From Folioceros fuciformis (taxonomy: Eukaryota): DNA of 45,330 nucleotides. The position numbers were made by a program, and so were the translations under genes. The stretch spans positions 1-45,330 of the forward strand of contig JBNGIO010006073.1 in the NCBI GenBank assembly GCA_049999805.1, given 5' to 3'. The notes beneath the pieces were generated by a model. That model made no database searches. It was not told where the DNA came from and saw only the letters and a program-made list of their open reading frames with translations. Below, in pieces: positions 12,338-24,700 of the stretch; the stretch's first letter is position 1; each line of letters starts with the position of its first letter.

Positions 12338-15300
12338 TCAGGGTGAACTAAGCATTACAGAATCAGAGGCTGCTAAGCCACCGTTGATGGATGTCTTCGA
12401 CATGCGACTTTTCTCGGAGTCTATCTGCATCAGATGTGTTCGCAGACTGCGCTCCTCAATCTGGAGACATAAATCAAAACAAAAAAATTTCAGAAGAGCA
12501 TGGACAGAAGAGTCCTAGGGGCTCCACCAAGTCCAACATAGCAGAAGTTTCAAGTTTTTTTGGGTAGTACAACTTGATACCTCTAGGGCAGATGCCACAT
12601 CTAGTAGGTCTCCACACTCGGCGAGAAGTGCTCTTTCTTTGACAGCAGTATCCGCAAGCTGAGCGAGGAGGGTACCCATCTTTGCCGCCTGTTGCAAGCG
12701 ACTAAGTACAAGTACTCTGATGCATCGATTGCCCCATTTACAGAAACATCGCTTTTCAAAAACAGCGTCAGTTATCTACACAAGCAGCAGCAGACGTAAC
12801 AAACCTTCGGTAGGAGACTATTGACGGAGTACTCCATAGCATTCATGACTTCGTAGGCCGAGCCTAATGCCTCTCTCACGGCCTGCAGATCCGCCTGTCA
12901 CGGTAAAACCAACCAAGCGTAATGTAAGCAACGCTCAGGATCTAATCACTCACTACAAGCTGGTGACAAAAGATTACGGGGAGGGAAAAGGTGAATAATT
13001 CGTGCTCAATGACGTGCACTCTTACCCTTGCTCCTCCAGTCACAGGCACTCGCAGGATTGCGGATTCTAACGCCTCTGTCGCTCCTGCCAGAGCTGCAGT
13101 ATGTTCTGGTTCTAGTTCTACCCAGTTCTCAAGCTGATCTTTCTGCAACGGGAACACGATGGAGCTGGAAAATGTCAACATTACCCAGGAGTATAGTGTA
13201 GAGCATACAGTCAAGGGGTTTAAACCTCAACAGGCATGGAAGATTATCTAATTTCCCCAGAATCTGATAAGCCACCGAAGCTTCTGAAAACTACCTGGCT
13301 TAACAGAATGGAATCCAGCTTTTGAGCCTGCCTCGCTTGCTGCACTTGAATACGCTTCAGTGCAACAGATTCTCGTAGATCGGTAGTTTTGGACCACACA
13401 CTATACAATGACCTCTGCAAACAAGAGACAACACTGTTACAGACTTCACATGCATGACATACTTTTAGAGCACTTATAGAATCGACACCTCCTCCTGAAC
13501 TGGTGGGACCTGTCCAGTACCTCCTGAGCACCCAATGCAAGCAGAACACGGATACCTTGGGGGTAGGTACGCACCTCAGCTGTGGCTCTTTGAGAACTCA
13601 TCGCAGCCTCAGCCCTGGCATTCACAAATCGCCACTGCAGCCACCTGTTGTGGAGGACCCGCAAAAGCTGGACCTCCTCTTGTTGAGTCATACTTTTTTT
13701 GCCTCTGCGGGAATCTACACCAAAATTCAGCATGCCCAAGGCATTACTGATTCGACTTGAGCTACTACCACTTGGAGGTAACGCAGCAGACGGCATTCTC
13801 TGCCTGGTAGGGCTTGGAAGACCTCTTGAAGGGGAAGCTGGCTTGGAGGGAGAAACGGGTGTTTGAACTGGTACAGAGACAGACAATGGGGGAACCCTGC
13901 TGGGCGACATAGCCCATGCAGATGTAATCCCATTGGCTGCCATATTATTTCCTGACTGGCCAGCTACAGTCAGTGCTTTTGACGATCGACTTGATCCTTT
14001 CCCTCCAGGTATGGCGCCAGCAGACACATCAGAATCTGGTGCAGATGATCTAAAACCTTCTCCAGACTGCCTCCCAGCCCGTGCAGAAGTAGTTGGCCAG
14101 AAGCGCGCTGCCACCACGGTGCCCCTTCCAGGTCCTCTTGACCCTCCTCCTGAACCACTAGAGGATACACTGTCTGAGTCAGATCCGATCTCAAAGTTGG
14201 CAGAGACATTCGCATCGGAGCCTGCAAGCTCTGCCTCCTGCTGAACCTGTCTCACTCTACTCAGTGAAGCCTCGGGACCTATACTTCCTTCGGCTGCTTG
14301 GGCATTCTGGGCACCCTCTTGCGATCCAATCAACTTTCCATTGCTTTCAGACGTGGATCCACTACCTCTACCCCTGCTTTCCAGTGAGACCCGACGAACC
14401 ACTCCCTGCGAGGCTGCTACTGCTGCAGGCCCTTCATTGATGGATCTCGAAAAGCTTTTGGAGACGGCCGTTTTCACGGGGCGAGAGGTTGTGGCACTCC
14501 CGTTCTGACTCTGTACAAGCATGGTAGCTGCTCTACCAAGAGGCCGATCTCTCTCACTGCCCAAGTCCATACTTCTGGACATGACTGATCCAAAAGACTT
14601 GCCATTACTGGTGCCAGGCCATCGCTGCAAGTCAGGCTTGGAGGGAGAATTGTCGAGAGGTCGAGCATTTTCCACCTGATCTGTATTCTGACGCCGCACT
14701 GGTGACCCTTTTCGTGAAGGAGGAGCAGAAGTGGGCTCAGCCGTCCTAGGCACCCCATTTGCAGTGGGCCTCAAAGCGTTTTCGGACGCCATTCCCCCTT
14801 CTCGTTTGGGGCTGTCCCGCCTAGGGGTCTCCCTCTTGGGGCTTTCCCTACGCGCGGAACTGGCGTCCTTGTCCCGCCGTACTGGTGTCTGAGGCCTTCC
14901 ATCCTTGACGGGGGTTTGAGGCCTTCCATCCTTGACAGGAGTCTGGGGCCTGGCATCCTTGACAGGAGTCTGGGGCCTGGCATCCTTGATAGCTGTGCTA
15001 GTCTGAGCCCTGAGTTCCTTGACAGGAGTAGTAGTCTGAGGCCTGGCCTCCTTAGCAGGAGGAGTCTGAGGCCTGACCTCCTTGGCAGGAGGAGTCTGAG
15101 GCCTGACCTCCTTGGCAGGAGGAGTCTGAGGCCTGGCCTCCTTGGCAGGAGGTGTCTGGGGCCTGCTGGTTTCCTTGGCTGGAGGTGTTTGAGGCCTCCC
15201 CTCCTTGACAGGAGTCTGGGGCCTTCCGTCCCTAACAGGTGTCTGTGGTCTTCCCTCCCTGGCAAGTGTCTGGGGTCTGGTGGCATCCTTGGCAGGCGTT

Positions 15301-15896
15301 TGAGGCCTGCTCAACGTTCCCTCCCGTGCCTCCCTCCTGCTGAAAGAAGCATTGCTGTTGGAAACATGAGCAGCAGCGTCCCCCTGTTGAAATGAAGCCG
15401 CCTGGCTGTGACTGGACGGCCACAGAAGGCCGGCACCAGAGACAGAAGCAGCAGCAGAAGCCCGCGGAACGGGCCTCTTAGAGCTCCACAGCCCATCCGC
15501 GGAAGTAGAGAGAGAGAGCCTAGGCTCAGCAGACGAGCTGGTGGTAGCAGGCCAAGGTCTCCTCCGCTCTGCCGAGCTGGCGCGCTTCAACACAGGCACC
15601 TCTGCAGCGGGGCTGTTCCGGCCCAAGGTCGGGGACGGATGCCTGCGGGGAGCGGCAGCAGCCGCGGGTGCTAACCCATTGGACGCTGCCGCGGAGCTTG
15701 CGGTGGTGGCTGTCTTGTATCTTGACGTTATCTCTCGGTTCCGCGGCTTGCGCAGACCGGCCACATTGCTCTTCTCAGACAGCGCCAGCGGCGAGCGCAC
15801 ATTATCGATCTCGACGTTCTTTTCCAGGAGTTGAGCCTCCTGCTGCTGCTGCTGCTGCACAGCGCCAGAAGATGCAGTCAAATCAGCGGCAACCAT
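12338..15896 (-). CDS. QWRF-motif / AUGMIN subunit 8-family microtubule-associated protein; about 959 aa
   Basis: Exons 15896-13575, 13414-13295, 13142-13026, 12894-12805, 12688-12581 and 12460-12338 total 2880 nt in frame. N-terminus MVAA..., then RKPRNREITSRY and RASSAERRRP. Hallmark LLRVLHNRWLQWRFVNARAE. C-terminal LESAILRVPVTGGAR, ERALLAECGDLL and IEERSLRTHLMQ. Confidence 0.93.
14870..15310 (-). repeat. Coding tandem repeat: 15 imperfect 27-33-nt units encoding RPQTP(P)(A/V)(K/R)(E/D)x within the QWRF/AUG8 protein
   Basis: Translation runs RPQTPAKDAT-RPQTLAREG-RPQTPVRDG-RPQTPVKEG-RPQTPPAKETS-(RPQTPPAKEx)4-RPQTTTPVKEL-RAQTSTAIKDA-RPQTPVKDA-RPQTPVKDG-RPQTPVKDG-RPQTPVRRD. DNA units are near-identical, e.g. 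ggcaggaggagtctgaggcctgacctcctt. Confidence 0.95.
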
Positions 15897-17429
15897 GATC
15901 AACACCACCACCGGCTCCCGCTGCGTCTTCCTCCTGCTCCCATCTCCGACTCCTCCTAGCCACACTGTCTCATGGGGATGCAGGACAAAGGATGGTAACA
16001 CGCAACGAGATCACGGTCGAGGGCAGGGTAACGACTCTCCCAACCTCTGCTCAATGCCGGACCTCCCAATCTGCATGCAGAAGACCGATCGGGCTGCAGA
16101 GATCCAGCTCCCCGTCCCTCCTCCCTGCTCCTAATTCCCTGGGCGTACAAAGCCAGCTAGCACACCAATGCCGACCCCGGCACTCGGCGCAGTGTCCTTC
16201 CTAGTCACCCCTCTCCAAGGAAAAAGAGGCCAAAACGCCTCCAGCCGCCCTAGCTACACCCGATCAGCTCCTCCTGGCGCAGAAACCGCAACGGATTCAC
16301 CTCGTCCCCCCACACACCACACTCGCCATCAGATCCAAGACCTAGCACGCTCAGGAGCTCCAGATTTTAACTCCAACAGACCCCCGCCCAGCCAAACAGA
16401 GCTCCACAAGGAAGGCGCAGACCCCGGCGCCGGGCAAGAAGATAGTCCACTTCAGTCCGGTCCAGACCACCTGCACAAAATTGTACAAGAGCGAGCCCAA
16501 TTCGCTGGCAAGTCGACCGAGTCAGTCCGGGAGCCCGCCCGGCCGCGGCTCCATCCCTGCTTCCCTTCCGCCGCCGAATCCGCGCCTGAGAAGGGTTCCG
16601 AACCCCTCTAGCTGCAAATGCTGCGCTCCAATTCCGCCGCTTCCGGAGGGACCAGCAAGAAGGAGGCAGGCGACGCGCGCGGGCAGGAAGCGACAGCGCA
16701 GGGAAACCCACGCTCCCGCACCGTGTGGCGCGGTTGCAAGCAGAAGGAGCGCGGAATTGTGCAAGCAAGGCAGCGGGTAGCGCAGATGCAAGAAAAGCAG
16801 ACGCACCAGCGATGGGTGAAGCGAAGCGAAGCGAAGAACAGAGGGAGGAGCAAGCGAGTGAAATGCAGGAAAGGAGGAGAAAAGGGCCCTCAGGGCGAGG
16901 GAGAGAGGTGGAGGAAACAACAAACAAAAGAGAAGGCACGCGAGTGCGGGGGCGCGCCCGGCCTTGCGCTTCCCACACGGCATGGAAGCTGCTGAGAGCG
17001 CGCCGGGAAGATGTAGGCCGGGCGGCATCCCCGCAGACGGGCAAGAGGCCGACCGGGCTATAAGTACCTCGTGCCTGCGGGTGAACATGCGGGGCCGCGG
17101 GGCAACTATAGGCGTGGCACCGGAAACTGGTCGTGGGCCCTGGGACTGGGACGTGCGCAGGCGAGCTCCCGTTCTGACTCGCAACGGCTCTTCCGCGATA
17201 GCTAGGTATCTATCTCCTCGATCCTCGACTCGACATGCAATACCAAACCAGCCCAGACCAGCCCAGACCAGACCAGACCAGGCCAGACCACACTAGACTA
17301 CACCAGTACGTATGTATGTAGAGAGATAAGCATGATGTAATGGTGGCCGGCACCCCTGGGTGTCCATCCCTTCCTTTCTTCCTCGCCAAGCCGTGAAAAT
17401 TGGCCGCATTTCACGAGTCGTCACGACTG

Positions 17430-17514
17430 GGCCGTTAGAGCATCGCGCCACGTGGCAAGTTGGCGCGGAGGCGGGGCCCTCCGTAACTCGGACTGCATTA
17501 TCTCCATCCAACGG
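17430..17514. promoter_or_regulatory. Two MSA-like elements flanking a palindromic G-box, upstream of the QWRF/AUG8 gene
   Basis: Minus-strand TCTAACGGCC (plus ggccgttaga, 17430-17439) matches YCYAACGGYY. GCCACGTGGC at 17447-17456. Plus-strand TCCAACGG at 17507-17514. Confidence 0.45.
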
Positions 17515-17706
17515 GATTCCACCCGCATTGAAATGCCGCTACATACAAAACAGCAGTGCATTTCTGAGAATTTTACGACATGAGAAGGGTGGATGGTGGA
17601 TCCCATCCCTTTGCCCTTGCCCAGCAGCGAAGGAAAGGCGCATGGAAAACTGCAAATGCTTTGACTTGGTTTCTTCCTCGGGGAGAGCTTCCATTTCAAA
17701 TGGTGG

Positions 17707-17806
17707 NNNNNNNNNNNNNNNNNNNNNNNNNNNNNNNNNNNNNNNNNNNNNNNNNNNNNNNNNNNNNNNNNNNNNNNNNNNNNNNNNNNNNNNNNNNNNN
17801 NNNNNN
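17707..17806. other. Assembly gap (100 N)
   Basis: Run of exactly 100 N, typical of a gap of unknown size. Adjacency across it is not guaranteed. Confidence 0.99.
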
Positions 17807-20540
17807 TCTTGGCGGGGCCTGGGCTGGCCAGTGCCACTGATTGGGGCTTGGCATCGCCTCCGACTTCCTCCCAAACTCGCTTGGGAGCAACACAAACACG
17901 AAAGTTGGGAAGGCCATGGTCGCCACTTGGCTGGCTATCGGGCTGGGAATCTCAGCGGGTGGCCCCGGGGCCCCGGGCCCCTTCCTTGCACTGCCTCAGT
18001 GCCCCGCCCACATAGCCCACTTCCCAGCACTAGACCAGCATCTGCAAATTCCATCGGCCGACGATAGCTTTTGCAAACGCACGCTTGGACTAGGTAACCG
18101 TCATCGTCGTACCTGATGAGAGAAAAGGGCATAAGTCAAGCAATGCGCGGGCGGGCGCATCAGCTCCTGGACAGGACAGGGATTCGGGATCGCACTTCCT
18201 CCTCCCTCTTTTCCTCACCACTCTCGTTTCTTATTTCTTGGCTCGACCATGTCGGTCGGTGTTGGGCCCTGCGCCAGCTCCTGCACCATCACAACCACAA
18301 CCACAACCACGCAGCGACGTGGTCGGGTTCGGTTAGGTTAGGGTTAGGTTGGGCCCGCTTTCTCGTGAACTGGGACCGGGCATGGAATGACAGGAAAGGA
18401 GGAAGCGTACAGTACCGGCATCCAGCGGCTCCCTCCCTCGACACAGCACCTGCTGCCCGCCTGTGTTGTCGTCCTGCTGCCTGCAGTTGGCGATTGATTG
18501 ATGGAAGGAAAATGACTCCGCTGCTACACAGCACGCACGCACGACATGCAACAAACAATCTACAACGCAACGCAGATACACACATACACAGATACACTAG
18601 TTGTTACACCGGTCGCGGTGCGGTGCGGTGCGGTGCGGTGCGGTAACACTTCCGCACACTTCCACCCGCTCGCCACCGACTCTGCCACCAACGTGACGAG
18701 AGGAGAAACAGCAGGCAGGTATAATAATAACGGGAGTGTGGCAGTGAAGGGCCAGGCCGCCGGCACCAGCTCGATTTGGCATTCGGGGTCTCGAGGTCTC
18801 TGGCCGCCTCCAAGGCTCCACCAGCTTCCACCTCCACCGGACCGCCTCCACTAATAATCCGAAAGCAGTTACGAGGAGGGCTTTGAATGGTGCCATCAAA
18901 ACACAGATCCCATTCGAGGTGACAAGCTTGGCGACCGACGCCAGGAAGCGAGGCCACGGTTTCACCACACCCTTCTGGGAGCCTACCGGGCTCGGGACTG
19001 GCTGCATGCCCCACCCCCTGAGGTCATGGCTCCCTCTCTGGCCTTTATGGCTGCGGGATCCCGGGGAAACTGTTGCCGCGCCTATCATCAATGGACATGC
19101 CACAGATCATTGATTGAATGTCACATGCCATGGACAGTTAGACGCCATTTTTATCTGGTTTGCATCTGCTCCGCTCCTTTTTCCTGCCACCCGTATGCTC
19201 GCTACCCTACGACACCTCCCTTTGCGTGACATTGCCCTCCCCAGCTCTCTCCTCCTCCCACCTCAATGCGTGCATCGTAGCCTGTGGCAGTCAAGATACT
19301 ACTTCCCTCATGAGCCGGCCATTCTCGGAAGCTGGAAAAGGAAACCAACTGGAAAAAAAAAAAAAAGTTAAAGCACCAAGATGTTTTTAAATTGAAATTG
19401 CTATCAGGCTCAAGGACGGTGAAGCTCTTTACAGCCGAGCCGAGGTATGTACAGACATCGGCTGGGCACCAGGAGCCGAAAGCGAACGTCCTCCGCAGCC
19501 GCATCTGCACCCGCACCCGCAGCCGCGTCCGCACCCGCACTCGAGCGCCTCCTGATGTTTTCCTCAAAAGCCTGGTGCCAGCGCCAGGGCCAGGTTATGA
19601 GAAGCTTCAGGTTTCCATCCTTCGAATGGAAGCTTCTCTTGGAATTCCTCCCACTTGCTTTCCCTACCGGATTCCACTCTAATCAACCGAATTTAGTTGC
19701 TGGCAGAGTGTGCTGCAGTCCACACCAAGTTCGCTTCATTCCGGAAACGTTTGCAACCATTGCTCTTACTAAAGCCACGGACTGACATCCTGATGCCGAC
19801 CGAACGAAGCCAAAGCCAGCTCCTTTTATCAGGACAATCGCGTGGGATGCCCGGCTTCTTGGGATTTCCGGTCAGACCGGCACGTATTATTGCAGATTGC
19901 TACTCACAAGCCAAGCGTCTGCACGGTGGCTGGCGGGCTGTGTAGGGCCTCCCGTCGCTCTCCATATTACCTTGACACGCTCTGCCAGCATTCCGAGTCA
20001 GGCGATCGGATTTCTGTTTCCACGCAGAGATCTGTACATGACGGGCTCACACACATCCTACGATTGCATCAGTCTGTAGGAAGGGCAGTTGGACATCAGC
20101 GAAGTACCAGGGACGAACCTGCCTGATGATGGTTCACCATCGCTTTTCACAGTTCACGGCTGTTTTTCTGGAGTTCACGCTCATGCTCATGCTCCTGGCG
20201 GCTTTAACTTGCAGTACACAGGTAGCTTTGACCAGGAAATCTGGTACCCTAACGGATCCCTCACACGCTGGGGAGAATGTGTGACAAACGTGAGTCCAAA
20301 TGCAACACGCAGGGATAGCATGCTCCGGCTTGGCAGCACAATTTGGGTTTCATTCCTTCCTTCCACGCCATTTCTCATGTGAAAACCATGCAGTCTTCAC
20401 AAACAATTTGGCTTTGTTGGCAAGAATGAAGCAGAGGAATAAATGTTTCTTCCCTCGTTTCCAACGGTGGCACACACAGTGAACGTGCACTCATCCCAAA
20501 GCCATGTGTTGGACAAACAAGACGCGCACCACTATCCTCC

Positions 20541-21337
20541 TCAGGGGCCACCGAGAATTGCGTTGTCCAAGTCCTCTCTGCTCAGTGCGTAGCTGAACTT
20601 TCTTTCCATGTCTTTCTCCAAGTTTCCAGGACCGCTCTTCAAGTATCTGCACATGATTCCAGCCTCATCAAAATCGAACCTCTTCTTGAAGGGAAGGACC
20701 TTCGAAGGCTGCTCACGCTGGTGGAGGCCAGGACAATACTTTATGTGGAGCTCAGTGAAATCCAGTGAAAGCTGAGCGTGCCAGTCAGGTCTTTCGATCA
20801 GCCAAACTGCTCGATCCACCTTGCTTTGGTAGAAACCCAGGCTCGTGAGCCACAGCTCGATGGAAGGCAGGCTGTGGGAGTACAGAGGCTTCTTTTTGTC
20901 GGGCAGTTTGTTGCCTGAACCCACGGCAGACCCTTCTGCACAAGCTCGCACCCCAACATTTCTGGGCAGCGGCTTCACATGATGCCTGGGCATCAGCAGC
21001 CTACATGATGTCTGCGCTCCCAGCACAGACAACAGTGTGTGCTGCAGTGAACGCATCACGTAAGTCCGGCCAAACAGTCCTTCGAAGAAGCAGTGAACAA
21101 TCAATCCAAGCAATGGAACCAGCTCACAGTGCCGTGTCCCCAGACAAAGCTCACCTCTGTCGGAACCACAAGGTTCCCCTTCCTTGAAAACGCACTGCTG
21201 CAAACATGCCCAGACGTCGATTTGCTTCCCACTGCGCATCCCACTGACCATGAACATCCGCTGCCCTGAAAGTTGACATCCACAGGGCGCGCAAATGCGC
21301 CCTGCCGTGGGGTGACTGCGCAAACCGATTCCATCAT
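20541..21337 (-). CDS. DUF3143-family protein (cyanobacterial-type), probably plastid-targeted; about 196 aa
   Basis: Exons 21337-21155, 21041-20740 and 20646-20541 total 591 nt in frame. Ser/Cys/Arg-rich transit-like N-terminus ending ...NVGVRA. Domain: LPDKKKPLYSHSLPSIELWLTSLGFYQS...PDWHAQLSLDFTELHIKYLKSGPGNLEKDMERKFSYALSREDLDNAILGGP. Confidence 0.85.
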
Positions 21338-21725
21338 TGCTCCCAAACCAAGCTTATCATCATCCCGTGTACCTATCGCTTGCCTGAATTTGAATTTCGT
21401 GGGTTTCAGAAGGACACCCTATTCTCGTTCTGAACCAGGTGCTTTCGCATATAACCAGAGATGTGGTGGAGAGAAGTCGCGATCAAAACGTTCAGGTGGC
21501 ATTCAACCCAGGCATCATGGCTTGCTCCTTTCAGACAAGGGTTCAAGTTGCTCGTCAGCAAGTGGTGCGCTGGTCAACAAATTGTGCTGGTCTTTGAGAA
21601 ATGAGTCTCACACAATTCATCTAGAATCTTCAGTTGACAGAAGGGAGGTTAGTTTCTCACATCCACGACCGTAGGATGATTATGACGTGCTACTGCCTGA
21701 AAAATGAAGGGGGGCCCGCTATGCA

Positions 21726-24700
21726 TCACTGCTGAGTGGCCTTGAGTTCCTTGTGGACCAGAGCCAAGACCTGGCTTGCCAGCGTCTCTGAAAAGCGAGT
21801 AGAGTATCGCATAACAAAGCTTTCGATGTCAACAGATGCTATTGCCGACTCCGACAGAGAGATGGATGAGGCCACTCCAGACCTTAGCCGGAGACTTCCT
21901 GGTCCTGACACCAACGAGACAGAAGTCAGTAGAAGCTCATCAATAGGCTTTGAGCTAGTTGAGAGCCGAAAATGAAATGAGAGGTTTACCAGGCCTTTGA
22001 CTACTCACCAGTATCTCCTGTGCTGTCAAAGCAACAACTGTCATCCTCCTGGGTCTCTGTGGATGGCAAGAAAGGGTCACGTCCTTCTCCTCCCAAGTTG
22101 TAGGTAGCAGCTTGATGCGCTAGTCTTTGTACTTTCTGCAGAGCTCCCGGCATGAGCTCTTGATAAGTGGAAGCAGCAACCAGAACATCTGTGTGAACAG
22201 ATTTAGAGGTGGCAAGCTTTGGGTCTTGAAGCTCGTCAAAGAAGCGAGAGGCCTTTTCTGTGGCCTCCAGTAGTTCCTGAAGTACTGACTTGTACTCCTC
22301 TTTTGGGCGGGGTAACTTCAAACCAGGCGGCGACGGGCTTGTTTTTGGTGGCTCCACCGGGGCAAGCAATGGGATGAGACAGCCCTGATTCTCCGGACCC
22401 TCTTCTCTGAATGCCCCTGTGTTGATGATACACGAAAGTTCTACGAGTCAAACCAGCAATATTTAACAGGACAAGCTTTTGAGAGGGAAAGATTAATCGG
22501 CAGTTACGATGATTTGACAAACCTTCAGTTTCCAATGTAGTCGCTGGGTCACCATCTTCCGATCCCAGGCTGACCTTCCTCTCCAGCTGTTCAGCCAAGC
22601 CTTGGATTTCTAATTGAAGGTCTGATGACATCTCTTTCAGCACTGTGACACATTCACTCATATTTGTAACTTTGGCACGCGCCTTGTGATCAACCCGCGA
22701 TGCATCAGAAGAGGTATCCCCAACAGGTGGTCCTTTGGGCGTTGGATTCCCTATCCTAATCCACTCTGGTTCGACTTCCTTTAGGTCCAGAGCATCTCCG
22801 TCATCAGGTACTTGTTTAACACCGAAGCCCTCCATGTTCTCTGACTGTTCATGAGTTTTATGACATATCTGATGCTTGGATGCATGCTTATCTTTGCCCT
22901 TCATGACGAAGCTGAAAACACTGGAGGGTGAAGCATCTGGGGCACATATCAATGGCAAAGGAGGAGTTGAGATTGTGTGGCGCTTGGGTGTACCAGCGTC
23001 TTCATTCCAAACATCATGAGATCTTGGGGTGTCGTCCGCATTGCCACAGCCATCAGAACTAGCCTGAAGAACTTCTCTCACAGCCTTGTTTGATTCCAAA
23101 CCCCGACTCTCTTGATCGCCTTCAGCCAGTGTCATACAACGAGTGACAAGCTTTTGTTGTATGCTATGCGCGTCGCGATCAACCTGAATAGAGTACCAGG
23201 TGTCAGACTAAATGCTAACCAAGTTGAACAGCTTGCTTCTTACTTAAATTGATACAAACAATTAAATTCAAGAGACGACGTAAAGATTCACCTCTTGATC
23301 TGGACCATCCGGCACTTGCTGATGCTCGATAGTTGGGGCTGAGTGCGCACTATCCTGGAGCACAGCATTAAGATTTCTTGGGGGCCCCCATTCTTTTCCT
23401 GGAGAGATCAGTGATGCACGTTGTGAGGATACATTTGCCCTTGCAAGGAATCGTGCAGAGAAGCTGCTTCGTGTTGAGCTTGGCACCTGGGTCATAAGCC
23501 AAGTGGCATACGTATGAGAAAGCCAGTCGCCATACCATGCAACCCACGAAAGTGACCAGAGGCCATTGCCCGACAGTAAGGTCTTGAAACCTAACATGCA
23601 GTACCTTCAGATCTGATGACAGATTATCAAAGTGGGCACTGAAAAGGTCATCAGCAGGCACAAAGCTGTCTTCCTCGCCACCTTCTTCCTCATCAACAGA
23701 TTCATCTTCAAGTGATGACTTACGGCTCTCCAAATTTAACTGGTGTCCTCCCTCCATTCCATCAGACAAGTCTTTGAAAGATTCCAGGCTACTGCCGACT
23801 GAAAGTTGAGAATCTTTCTCAACTTCCATCATGCAACCCTGTACAACAACTGGCTGCCCCCACAGAGTAAATGACCTTGAGTCACCTTCGGTGTGAGATG
23901 CTAATTCAGCCTGAGATTGGACGAGCTCCTGAACTCCTGCGCCGACTGAGCCTGACTCTGATTCCAGTAAAGCTGCAGGCCTGCTAGGCTCATCGTTGTC
24001 TGAAAGGTAGATTACAACATCATCTTCAGGTGATGTCTGCTCCAGTTTGACTCCGGGAAGACAGGCTGTCTTGTCTTCATTCACCACGGTAGTACCACTA
24101 GTTTGCGCAATTTCTTCAAGTGGCCTGTCTTTCACCTCGTTGTTGCCCGACAGGTGAGGAACCCCAGAGGTGCTTGGACTTTCCTCTGCCAAGAAATCAA
24201 GCTCATTGAAGAATACTGTATGAACCGTTTTCCAGACCGTTTCCTTCCTGCACACATCAGAAGACACATCCATAAAAAGTATGATGGCATGTTGGGTTGC
24301 CATTGTCAATCTGGAGGACTGTGTCGAGTGCAAAGATGAAGTGCGTGTCTGTGATTTGGAGCCAGGTGCCAAAGAATTTGCGACAGAACCCTACCTGGGT
24401 CCTTGGGGACTAGATGTTGGTGTGACGTCAGCAGAATGAGCAATGCTATCTGGAGTGCTCTCCACACTCGCTCCATCAACAGAGAAGCGTCTCCGTGCAC
24501 CAAAGCCACTGGCCCGAATAGTTGCAGGTGGAGTGACGTCTTGTGCAGACTCTGAAAATAGTTTGTAACCCTCTGCTAGCCTCTGTAAACAACAAAGAAA
24601 TTCAATGCTATTTACTTCCAAAGCAGCAAAATTCGATGGGCAACTTTGACGCTTTCATCCTATTACCTCTGTCCATCGTGATTCTGAGGAGTGAAAAGGG

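Noticed and set aside
14870-15310. Regularly spaced ~30-nt repeats resembling a CRISPR array
   Set aside because: There are no unique spacers or cas genes. The units are in-frame coding repeats of a eukaryotic protein.
13446-16001. 851-aa single-exon ORF taken as the whole QWRF gene
   Set aside because: It begins at a non-ATG codon and reads into intron 1. The real CDS starts at ATG 15896 and continues through five more exons to 12338.
16168-17300. Many overlapping 100-225 aa ORFs on both strands
   Set aside because: GC-rich, low-complexity promoter/5' leader DNA. The translations are R/A/P/S-rich with no domain signal.
17360-18067. ORFs spanning the N run
   Set aside because: Artefacts of translating through the assembly gap.
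18345-18372. GGTTAGGTTAGGGTTAGG as an interstitial telomere
   Set aside because: Only one or two TTAGGG-like units embedded in a pentamer SSR; not a TTTAGGG array.
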